The translations under genes and the position numbers were made by a program. Below are positions 27,726-36,085 of a DNA stretch of 64,000 bases, one piece after another. The notes beneath the pieces were generated by a model. The model worked only from the letters and a program-made list of their open reading frames with translations. It was not told the DNA's origin and made no database searches. Source of the DNA: Alphaproteobacteria bacterium (GTDB lineage Bacteria > Pseudomonadota > Alphaproteobacteria > Rs-D84). The DNA lies in contig JAFXVM010000016.1 in the NCBI GenBank assembly GCA_017524525.1, positions 45,165-109,164 of the forward strand. The letters are read 5' to 3'. Each line of letters starts with the position of its first letter. Positions within the stretch are counted from its first letter, which is position 1.

Positions 27726-28868
27726 ATGAAAACCAAATTTAACTTTACACAAGCAACTTTGGCTAATTTGGCAACACCAACACAACAAATTAAGCATTAT
27801 ATTGTGCGCGATAGCAATCAACGTGGTTTAATATTGATGGTTAATTATGGGGGAACAAAAACATTTTACTTTCGTGCCAAACAAAAACATAAAAAAGTGA
27901 TGTTTAAAATTGGCGATTTTCCTTATTTAGATGTTGAAACTGCACGAAATAAAGCATTTATGCTTTATAAAAATATAAAAAATGGTGAATATACGGCAAC
28001 AAAACAACAAATAATGACTTTAAGTGAATTATTTTACAACGAATATTTGCCAAAATATGCAAAAGTGTTTAAAAAAGAGACAAGTTGGCATGAAAATGAA
28101 CGTATATTTAATACACATTTTAATTCTTTAAAAGATAAGCAATTAAATGATATTAGCAGGATAAACATTGACGATTGGCATAAAAATATAGGTAAAAATA
28201 ATGGGATATATATAGCGAACAGATGTCTTGCATTAATAAGACATATGTTAAATATGGCGATAAATTGGGGTTTTATAACAACAAATAATGCTACACATAT
28301 TAAGCAATTTAAAGAAACTGCGCGTGACAGGTTTTTGCAACCTGATGAAATACATAACTTTATAACTGCTTTAAATATGGCAAAAAACAAGCAATTTAAG
28401 CATTTTATACTGTTGTTGTTATTTACAGGACAAAGAAAAAGCAATATTTTATCGCTTAAATGGGAAAACATAAACTTTCACAACAATATTATGTATTTGC
28501 CAGATACAAAAAATAACCAACCTCAGCAAATTCCACTTACACAGCAAGCAATAAATGTATTTAATGATATTGGGATACGTGAAAAAGGTTGGGTTTTTCC
28601 AAGTAAAGACAGCAAAAGCGGACATTTACAAAACCCAAAGCGTTGTTGGCAACAATTATTAAAGATTGCACATATTGAAAACTTACGTATGCATGATTTA
28701 CGACGAACTTTAGGCTCTTATCAAGCAATTATTGGCAGTAGCATGAATATAATTGGCAAATCTTTGGGCCATAAATCGCTTCAATCAACCGCTGTGTATG
28801 CAAGGCTTTCTTTGGCGCCCGTCAGAGATTCAATGCAAAAAGCAACTGACGAAATATTAAAGTATTAA
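27726..28868 (+). CDS. int: Tyrosine integrase (P4-like, with arm-binding domain)
   Basis: GQRKSN (R), TKN (K), HDLRR, LGH, AVYA (Y); N-terminal RD...GL.L.V..GG.KTF. Confidence 0.95.
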   Translation: MKTKFNFTQATLANLATPTQQIKHYIVRDSNQRGLILMVNYGGTKTFYFRAKQKHKKVMFKIGDFPYLDVETARNKAFMLYKNIKNGEYTATKQQIMTLSELFYNEYLPKYAKVFKKETSWHENERIFNTHFNSLKDKQLNDISRINIDDWHKNIGKNNGIYIANRCLALIRHMLNMAINWGFITTNNATHIKQFKETARDRFLQPDEIHNFITALNMAKNKQFKHFILLLLFTGQRKSNILSLKWENINFHNNIMYLPDTKNNQPQQIPLTQQAINVFNDIGIREKGWVFPSKDSKSGHLQNPKRCWQQLLKIAHIENLRMHDLRRTLGSYQAIIGSSMNIIGKSLGHKSLQSTAVYARLSLAPVRDSMQKATDEILKY

Positions 28869-28958
28869 ATTTTTTTCATTTTGTGGGCTACTTCTGACAA
28901 TTTTTATTTTATACTGCTCGCGAAATCATTTAAAAACAACCCAAAAAAAGGATAAAAG

Positions 28959-29681
28959 ATGATGAATTTTAAAGTACATTTAGGGTATATTCACACGGAA
29001 AACAAACAACAATACAGATTTGGCTTAAAACCATTTGATTTTGATTTAACAAAATTTCCAAGTTTATTTATAAATTGTGGCAGAGAAAGAGTTTTTCCAT
29101 GTAAAAACGAATTTGTAATGGATATAATTATTAAACGAGCATTAGAAATAGAGAAATCAACGAATAATTTTAAAACGCTTGTTATCGACAATGGTCGTAT
29201 TACACATTGTTCTGCTCTTTATTATGATAATTATTATATGGTTAGACCAGAAACCGCCCTTAAACAAATAACATGTGAAATAAATCAAATTTACAAAAGA
29301 TATTTGAATTGGCCAGATTTTTTTCCTTATAAAAAATACTTCATAGCCGTTAATAATGCTTGGGGGCTTGAAAGTTATCTTGAAGACATTATGCTAAAAT
29401 TGGGACCGATAGGCGTGTATTTAGTGTTTTCTGGGGGTGGCGAAATGTTAAGGTATCCGTGTCCACTTCAAAATTATTTGTTTGGGCAAATAGTTAAGCT
29501 ACGTACAGATGATTATTATAAAGGAATAAATATGTTGCCACAACCGTATGGACCAAATTGGGGTATGGTTATGGAACGTTTTAAACCAGAACAAAAACTA
29601 AGCCAAATAATATATACAGACATGTATTACAACAATTGGTGCAAAGGTGAAGAAACACGAGATGGGTGGATTTTTGATTAA
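28959..29681 (+). CDS. Degenerate FtsK/SpoIIIE-like domain protein
   Basis: FDLTKFPSLFI, KTLVID, AL....EI....RY and LGPIGVYLVF track the FtsK motif order; Walker A and B are absent. Confidence 0.5.
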   Translation: MMNFKVHLGYIHTENKQQYRFGLKPFDFDLTKFPSLFINCGRERVFPCKNEFVMDIIIKRALEIEKSTNNFKTLVIDNGRITHCSALYYDNYYMVRPETALKQITCEINQIYKRYLNWPDFFPYKKYFIAVNNAWGLESYLEDIMLKLGPIGVYLVFSGGGEMLRYPCPLQNYLFGQIVKLRTDDYYKGINMLPQPYGPNWGMVMERFKPEQKLSQIIYTDMYYNNWCKGEETRDGWIFD

Positions 29682-29709
29682 ATTATTTGCACATAAACAA
29701 AGTTAATTC

Positions 29710-29737
29710 TTGCGAAACTTGCAAATAATGCTATACT
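29710..29737 (+). promoter_or_regulatory. Sigma70-type promoter upstream of the structured leader
   Basis: TTGCGA-16-TATACT with a TG extension. Confidence 0.55.
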
Positions 29738-29771
29738 ATGACGTGAATCATAATTAACGTGGTTCTGGGTG

Positions 29772-29927
29772 TAGAAACCTATCATATGCGTCGGCGCTGA
29801 CGTTAAAAAGCCCTACAACTGTAATGGTTGGAGGGCTGGTGAATAAGGCATTTTGTCTAATAGCCGCACAACTCATATGATTGTTTCTAACCTCCAACCG
29901 CCTTCTTTATGATTGGCGGTATTTTTT
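29772..29927 (+). ncRNA. C4/CI-like structured antisense RNA with upstream target and overlapping terminator
   Basis: GGTTGGAGG/CCTCCAACC stem; CATATGAT-T-GTTTCTA complementary to upstream TAGAAAC-CT-ATCATATG; ACCGCC/GGCGGT hairpin plus T-run. Confidence 0.6.
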
Positions 29928-29953
29928 GTGTAAAAAAAACAAAGGAGAAACCT

Positions 29954-30811
29954 ATGAAAAACATGCTTTTTGTTTTTTTAGTAATAGCATTGTCTGCATG
30001 TGATATAAACAAATACGATTATATATTAAACAAAACTGCCTTTTGCAATAAAACATCAGAAGAAATTTTTGTTTGCAAAGATGTTACACAAAAATTATTG
30101 TCAGGGCGGATTATTGAATATTTTCCTGATGGCAAAAATACAAAAAACTACTTTACGGTAAAAGACGGAAAACTAAATGGGAAACATATATCTTACTATG
30201 AAAACGGACAAGTGAAGTGGGACGGTGCCTATAAAGATGGTAAAGAGGAAGGTTTTATAAAAGTTTATTATGAAAATGGTGTTTTAAAACGGGAAGTTTT
30301 TTTTCAAGATGGTAAACTGAATGGTTTTGTTAAGGATTATTATGAAAATGGTAAAATAAAAACAGTAGGCTATGTTAACGAAGGGAAACTGAGCGGGCCA
30401 TTTTGGTCATATACGAATTTTGGTTTGCTAATGTCAGAAATAGAATACAAAATGGGTAAAATGGTAAAAAGCCGACAAGCTCCTGAAACAGAATTAAAAC
30501 TTGCCTGTAAAAAACATTTTAATTTATGTAGCCAAGACAATCGAAATGTTGGGTGTAGAAAAAAGTTATCTGGTAAAATTAGTTCTATAGAAAAAAATGG
30601 CGTATTTGTTGATTATGATGCGTTTGTTTATACAACGAAGAAATACATAAGTAACGAAAAAATAGATTCAAAATACTACTATGAATATGTTGACACAGTA
30701 GAATACGCTGCGCCAAATGGTTTAAAACAACGTGTTCGTGCATATAAAGAAACAAACGAAGAAGCTTTGTGTGACGATTTATACAAACCATTCAGAGAAT
30801 TAGGTAAATAA
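29954..30811 (+). CDS. MORN-variant repeat lipoprotein
   Basis: AAGGAG RBS, lipobox LSAC, repeated YYENG..K....Y.DGK..G units. Confidence 0.8.
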   Translation: MKNMLFVFLVIALSACDINKYDYILNKTAFCNKTSEEIFVCKDVTQKLLSGRIIEYFPDGKNTKNYFTVKDGKLNGKHISYYENGQVKWDGAYKDGKEEGFIKVYYENGVLKREVFFQDGKLNGFVKDYYENGKIKTVGYVNEGKLSGPFWSYTNFGLLMSEIEYKMGKMVKSRQAPETELKLACKKHFNLCSQDNRNVGCRKKLSGKISSIEKNGVFVDYDAFVYTTKKYISNEKIDSKYYYEYVDTVEYAAPNGLKQRVRAYKETNEEALCDDLYKPFRELGK

Positions 30812-30824
30812 AAGAGGTTTTTTT

Positions 30825-31835
30825 ATGAAAAATTATAGTGTTTTTATAGCGTTATTGCTAAGTGCGTGTGGTGGATTTGATTCAAAACAAGAGTTTTTAC
30901 AAGATTCACAAAATGCAAAAAAATTGGCTGAATTATCAAACAAACGCATTATATCATCTGATTGTGATAAATTGATTAAACTATATGATTTTGCGGTATT
31001 AAAATCACCAACAATAGAAGATTTATCTAAAATTATGCCGATTTTTGGTTTAAAGGCAGATGATGCAAAAAACATAGATAAAGTATACAAAATTGATTTT
31101 GATAAAATAGATAAATATAATTGTTACGATAATACAGACAGTTTGTTACATGAAATAGAGCAATATTGTAATAATAAATACCCCACAGAGCTTTTTAAAC
31201 GTGATGAATGCGAAGATTATTTAAGTTATATAGTATTAAATAACAATTATGTTTATAACAGAAAGCAAGATATTGAAGGCAATAGAAGTAATATAATATA
31301 TTCAGTGAAACTCAATATTCAAAGTATATATATTATGCCAGAAAAGGCAGACAAATTTTTGCCAGAATTTACGGCAACTGAATTAATAAAAGCAGATAAT
31401 GAGGTACTTGGAACATACGATAGCGATTGTTATGGTAATTTATGTGAACACGCGACACAAAATGTTACCAGATTAAATGCTGCCTTGGTTCTATATGATT
31501 ACTGTGTTTATAATAAAACATTCTTACCAAACGATGGATACGATATATGCGTTTGTTTTGCGCATGAAACCTACCAAAAAGTTAACTATAAAAACGTGAT
31601 TTATATTCACGAAAAAAAAGAACTGCCACAATCTAAAAAGACAGAATTCAATCAAATTTATAAAAAATGTGAACAGAAAATAGAAAAACAGCGAATAAAA
31701 GCAGAAAAAGAACGATATGGTGAAGCAAAAAGCGCGAATAGCGATGAGAATAATGTGTTCATTGAAGCATTAGAAAATACTGCTTGGGCACACAGAACAA
31801 TTACAGAAACACGTAAAAAAGCAGAAAACAAGTAA
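30825..31835 (+). CDS. Cys-rich hypothetical lipoprotein
   Basis: GAGG RBS, lipobox LSAC, paired Cys including ICVC. Confidence 0.7.
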   Translation: MKNYSVFIALLLSACGGFDSKQEFLQDSQNAKKLAELSNKRIISSDCDKLIKLYDFAVLKSPTIEDLSKIMPIFGLKADDAKNIDKVYKIDFDKIDKYNCYDNTDSLLHEIEQYCNNKYPTELFKRDECEDYLSYIVLNNNYVYNRKQDIEGNRSNIIYSVKLNIQSIYIMPEKADKFLPEFTATELIKADNEVLGTYDSDCYGNLCEHATQNVTRLNAALVLYDYCVYNKTFLPNDGYDICVCFAHETYQKVNYKNVIYIHEKKELPQSKKTEFNQIYKKCEQKIEKQRIKAEKERYGEAKSANSDENNVFIEALENTAWAHRTITETRKKAENK

Positions 31836-32278
31836 TGAGCAAAAGGGGACCCAATATGAAAACTTTAAACGAACCGAAAGAAAACAATAAAACAGGTAAA
31901 GAATTTGAATTACGTTTTTTACATGAATTATATGAACATATACGCAAAAAGAAAATTAAATGTGAGGTTTTTCAACCCATAGTAGACGACAATGGCATAG
32001 ATTATATAATAAGAACAAATAACGGTGAATACAGGGAAATACAGATAAAATCACGAACAAAAAAGCGCCCTTTCACAATAAAAACCGATTTTACACGACC
32101 CAAAGATTATTGGCTGATACTTTATTATAATGAAGATAACGATAAGAACATGTATATTTTAAACAAAACCGATATTGCACATGTAATAAAAAAATACGGT
32201 CACATAAATATAACAAAAGAGTTGGAACAATATAAGACTGATACTGGCGATTTTAGTCGTTTGTTTAAAAACAAATAA
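31835..32278 (+). CDS. PD-(D/E)XK superfamily nuclease
   Basis: G..FE, VFQP.VDD.GID, EIQIKS motifs; TAATG coupling to the upstream gene. Confidence 0.72.
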   Translation: MSKRGPNMKTLNEPKENNKTGKEFELRFLHELYEHIRKKKIKCEVFQPIVDDNGIDYIIRTNNGEYREIQIKSRTKKRPFTIKTDFTRPKDYWLILYYNEDNDKNMYILNKTDIAHVIKKYGHINITKELEQYKTDTGDFSRLFKNK

Positions 32279-32344
32279 ATACTAAGTTTTTCCTTAGAAA
32301 TTGCATAGTATTGTCTTAATATAACAGCACAAGGAGCAATAACA

Positions 32345-32938
32345 ATGCCGTTTGATATACAATTAAGCAAAGATTTAACACTGGATATACGTAAGTGCCC
32401 ACATTTGCTTATTGTTGGCAAAGGTGATAATTGGGCTAACTTTTCAAAAGATATTGAAAAAAGACTTTCTTCTGTTGATAACCAAACTTCGCTTCGTAAT
32501 TTTGTATATATTTTACGTTGTTTAGACGGCATAACCGCACGAGATAAAGAAGTATTAAATGAACGATATGAACTATTAAGTGCGCTGGATTGCTGCAATA
32601 TAGAGCAATTTAATAAACGATTTAAGTATGAAAGTTTAATGTATGAAGTTTTGTTCGTATCACCAGCAAAAACGAAATACAACTATGATTTGTTAAAAGA
32701 AGTGTTAATGAAAGGACGTGCAGTTGGTATGCATGTGGTTATGTTTGTTGATAGTATAAACGATTTTGAAAATAATATAGATTTATTAGATATGTTTACA
32801 GTTAAATTGGTATATAAGGCAAAAACGGGGGAAGAAAGCATAAAGTTAACTGGTTATAAAGGTGCTGAAAAGTTAAAAGGTAATGAGTTCTTGTTGTGTG
32901 AACTGGGTAAGCAGCCAGTAATTTATAAAGCCAATTAA
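32345..32938 (+). CDS. Degenerate FtsK/SpoIIIE-like domain protein
   Basis: LDIRKCPHLLIVG, ERY..L.....NIEQFN, KGRAVGMHVV, GAEKLKG; no GSGKS or DE. Confidence 0.65.
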   Translation: MPFDIQLSKDLTLDIRKCPHLLIVGKGDNWANFSKDIEKRLSSVDNQTSLRNFVYILRCLDGITARDKEVLNERYELLSALDCCNIEQFNKRFKYESLMYEVLFVSPAKTKYNYDLLKEVLMKGRAVGMHVVMFVDSINDFENNIDLLDMFTVKLVYKAKTGEESIKLTGYKGAEKLKGNEFLLCELGKQPVIYKAN

Positions 32939-33033
32939 TGGGTTTAATGCTGTATAAATTACTGAAACTGTTTTTGCAATGTAGTTACACTGTTTTTCTG
33001 TTTATATGCTGTTACACGGTAAAAAAAGGCGAA

Positions 33034-33570
33034 TTATAAAGAGTTAAACATTGTTTCGCTCGTCCATAGGTTGCCAAAATCGATTTTGCTGCTTTTTAAG
33101 TTATATTCTTTGGTAACATAATTAAGAACATCTTCGTTAAATACTTTACGAACTAACAAGTGGTTCATAACTGGTGAAAAGTTATGCATGTTTGAATAAT
33201 TAGTATATTGCATATCGTATGTTAAATATAAATAAGGGTAACGATAGCAAGTATTAGATAAGGCGACATCTAACTTTGGTAAAGTGTGTTCGCATAAGTT
33301 AAAGACAGAATGTACATGATAAACATTTGTTTTACCGTGTTCAATAATTGTAACAGACGGCAAAGGGTGTTTATACCAATATTTGCCTTGTAGTTGGTTA
33401 AGCATACGCGAATATATACTACGTGCGTTTTCTTTGGCTTTATATACATCTTTTTTAGGTTTATTAAAGTGTATTGTAAGAAATGCAAGATTATCGCAAC
33501 TTTGCATATATAAAGATTTACGTAAGAATTGCTGTATTGCTGTGATATTGAGTATTGTTGCTTCTATCAT
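33034..33570 (-). CDS. HUH-family rolling-circle Rep/relaxase
   Basis: Motif I FLTIHF, motif II YHVHSVF, motif III YVTKE; GGAGG RBS. Confidence 0.7.
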   Translation of the reverse strand: MIEATILNITAIQQFLRKSLYMQSCDNLAFLTIHFNKPKKDVYKAKENARSIYSRMLNQLQGKYWYKHPLPSVTIIEHGKTNVYHVHSVFNLCEHTLPKLDVALSNTCYRYPYLYLTYDMQYTNYSNMHNFSPVMNHLLVRKVFNEDVLNYVTKEYNLKSSKIDFGNLWTSETMFNSL

Positions 33571-33924
33571 TGTTACCTCCTTTTTTTGAATTAATACACG
33601 TTAGTTATATTTGTTCTTTTTATTTATTTTTGTATATAGATATTACATAGGTAAAACCTTCGTTTTTACCTTTAATAACTTTAAAACCCCACAAATTTAA
33701 GATTGACACCCTTTTTGCCAAAATAAATTTCACAGGTGATGTATATATATATTTATCCCAAAAATTCATTTTTGTTAACCACAATGTAAAAAAAATTTAA
33801 AAATCGCAGAAAACCGTGCTGTATAGACGTAAAAAGTGTCAAAAACGGGAAAAAATTTTTAAAAAAAAGCAACGTATAATTAAAAAAAGCAATAAAAAAG
33901 GCTGTAAAAACAGCCAAATATTCT

Positions 33925-34000
33925 TGGTGGACGCGCAGGGATTCGAACCCTGGACCCACTGATTAAGAGTCAGTTGCTCTACCAACTGAGCTACGCATCC
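33925..34000 (-). tRNA. tRNA-Lys(CTT)
   Basis: GGATGCGTAGCTCAGTTGGTAGAGC..ACTGA-CT-CTT-AA-TCAGT..GGTTCGAATCC..CCA, 76 nt. Confidence 0.98.
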
Positions 34001-34128
34001 AAAACTGTGTCGCAACCGATTATATAATATTTTCCGCTAAATGCAAGTTTTTATCGTATAAAGGTTGAAGTGAATTTTTAATTGTTATTTATAAATTTGT
34101 TTTTTATACTTTGTCCAAAGGATGAAAT

Positions 34129-34617
34129 ATGAAAGTGTTTGTCACTGAAAAATATATGAAAAACGCCTTTGATAAAATAACACAACTTCAAAAAGAACTT
34201 GAAAACATAAGACGCGAAAAGAATATCTCTTTCGAAGGTGATACTAATACTTGGCATGATAATTTCGCTTATGAAAACCTGACTCGTCAGGAAAAATTAG
34301 CCGAAGACAGATTATTCAAAGCTATGAAAGATGCTGAAAATTTTGAAGTGTGTTCAAATGTTCTTAAGTGTGCACCAGATACTGTTGGGCTTTATTGCTG
34401 GGTAAAGGTGGCGCAAGAAAATTTAGAAACCGGTGAAGAAACTGAAAAAGTATTGGGTTTGGTGCCTTTGGGTGATGAAGATTACGGTAAAAAGATTTTC
34501 GCTTATAATTCCCCCGCTGTTTGTTCTTTGATGGGGGCAAAAATTGGTGATGAACGTGTCGTTAAAATACCAATTGGAACACTGAAAATAACAATATTAA
34601 GTATTGAGACAATGTAA
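34129..34617 (+). CDS. GreA/GreB-family factor (atypical tip)
   Basis: Coiled coil with WHDNFAYE, C-terminal SP...LMGAKIGD...IP.G. Confidence 0.7.
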   Translation: MKVFVTEKYMKNAFDKITQLQKELENIRREKNISFEGDTNTWHDNFAYENLTRQEKLAEDRLFKAMKDAENFEVCSNVLKCAPDTVGLYCWVKVAQENLETGEETEKVLGLVPLGDEDYGKKIFAYNSPAVCSLMGAKIGDERVVKIPIGTLKITILSIETM

Positions 34618-34709
34618 TTTTACAAGTTGATAATTCGTGATACATGGGGTATAATTAAAGCGTCTAGAAAGGATTGTATTCAATAACTTTTTAACCAAAA
34701 GGAAAGAAA

Positions 34710-36083
34710 ATGAAAAAATATCTTATTTTAACATCAGTTTTGGCATTGGCCGCATGTGGTGGTGGCGGTCATGGTGGTGCCAGTGTGAATGCGCCTGATA
34801 CATTAAATGCACGTATTACTGATGCTGCGGCTGCTAGCAACCAAGCAATTACAGCGATGAAATCACAAGTTATTGTTTCTAATAAAACATCTGGAGATTT
34901 GTCTCGTTCTGCAACTGAAACAGTCGGCGGTGTGACATTTACTTCGTATGATTTAAGTGATGTTAAATTGTTTGCGGCAGATGCTGACCATACTGATAAT
35001 GGTTATTTGAAAATAGGTATGGATGACAACGGTCGTATTGAGAAAATTACTATGAATATTGGTGAAGTAGGCGCACCAGTACAAAGAGTAGGCGAAACAA
35101 ATCGTTTCAAAGGACCTATCTTTGAATATGTCGAAAGTGGTGATCAAGCAGCATACAGAATTTCGAATACTGGTCAAACTGCGGAAGATCTGGCTGCATT
35201 AAAGGCAGAATTGATTGCCCAAGGAAAAATACATGACGGCGGTCATTGGAATATGGTTAATGAAGAAATGGATGTCGTTACATTGGGTGGCGATATTGAT
35301 GGTAATGGTACTGCTTTGCAGTATGCTGATTTTGGACATTTTAATCCTGTTTATACATCTAAGTATAAAAATGTTGATGGGTTAACAGATGAACAAATGG
35401 CTGCTGCGCGTAATGGTGAAGATTTAGGACGCGGTGGGGAACTTGATAAAATCAAAAGTACCGCTGACTTTGATGCAGAAATGGCAGCGGAAGATTATCA
35501 ATTGTTCGCAGGTGGATATGCTATACGTGGAACAGAATTAAAAGATAGTTTGGCTGTGCCAAGAGGCGCTGAATTCAAAGGTAAAGCAATTGGTCGTGTT
35601 TACACAAGTGTGTCTGTTGATGAAGACGCATTTGCTAATGAAACACTTGCAGAAACTGCGCGTATAACACAAGCAGCAGCGGCAAGAGATGGGGAAGGAT
35701 ATTCAACTGACCATGATATAAACAAAGCCTTTACAACGACAGAAGCAACTTTGAAAATCGATGTAAATGGTAAACAGACATTGGAAATGCCTTTCTATAC
35801 ACATAGCGGCGATCCAGAAAACAAATTCTATGATGTGAAGTTGGTTAAAAATGGCGATATTGTCGAAGCGCCAGTCTTTACTGGAACACCAACAGATCCA
35901 AGACATAATTTAGGCAATGCTTTGGACCATGTGCAAGAAGCATCGTTTAACCCTGGTTATTATGGTGTAAACACTGCATCAGAAGCAGCAGGAACAGCCA
36001 GATTGTATTCAGAAGAAGATCTTGGCAATCATGTTCAACGTGAATATGAAGTTCAAGCTGCATACGGTATGAAAAGACAATAA
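34710..36083 (+). CDS. Surface lipoprotein with TbpB-like C-terminal barrel (probable Slam cargo)
   Basis: Lipobox LAAC-GGGG, YADFG, FAGG, FKGKAIG, EAAG, AYGMKRQ end. Confidence 0.7.
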   Translation: MKKYLILTSVLALAACGGGGHGGASVNAPDTLNARITDAAAASNQAITAMKSQVIVSNKTSGDLSRSATETVGGVTFTSYDLSDVKLFAADADHTDNGYLKIGMDDNGRIEKITMNIGEVGAPVQRVGETNRFKGPIFEYVESGDQAAYRISNTGQTAEDLAALKAELIAQGKIHDGGHWNMVNEEMDVVTLGGDIDGNGTALQYADFGHFNPVYTSKYKNVDGLTDEQMAAARNGEDLGRGGELDKIKSTADFDAEMAAEDYQLFAGGYAIRGTELKDSLAVPRGAEFKGKAIGRVYTSVSVDEDAFANETLAETARITQAAAARDGEGYSTDHDINKAFTTTEATLKIDVNGKQTLEMPFYTHSGDPENKFYDVKLVKNGDIVEAPVFTGTPTDPRHNLGNALDHVQEASFNPGYYGVNTASEAAGTARLYSEEDLGNHVQREYEVQAAYGMKRQ

Positions 36084-36085
36084 TC

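Larger units (their letters stand above)
27539..33971. mobile_element. 6.4-kb integrative element in tRNA-Lys(CTT)
   Basis: 48-bp att duplication, adjacent tyrosine integrase, HUH Rep, visibly AT-richer cargo. Confidence 0.92.

Noticed and set aside
29954-30811. YwqK-type antitoxin of a toxin-antitoxin pair
   Set aside because: MORN-variant repeats alone do not show this; it is a lipoprotein and no cognate polymorphic toxin is adjacent.
33638-33646. Circovirus-like nonanucleotide nick site (agaTATTAC)
   Set aside because: Does not fit NANTATTAC and lies outside the hairpin loop; likely AT-rich background.
33753-33959. ORF overlapping tRNA-Lys (likewise 44417-44716 over tRNA-Phe)
   Set aside because: Spurious translations of tRNA sequence.
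27539-33971. Prophage
   Set aside because: No structural, packaging or lysis genes recognisable.
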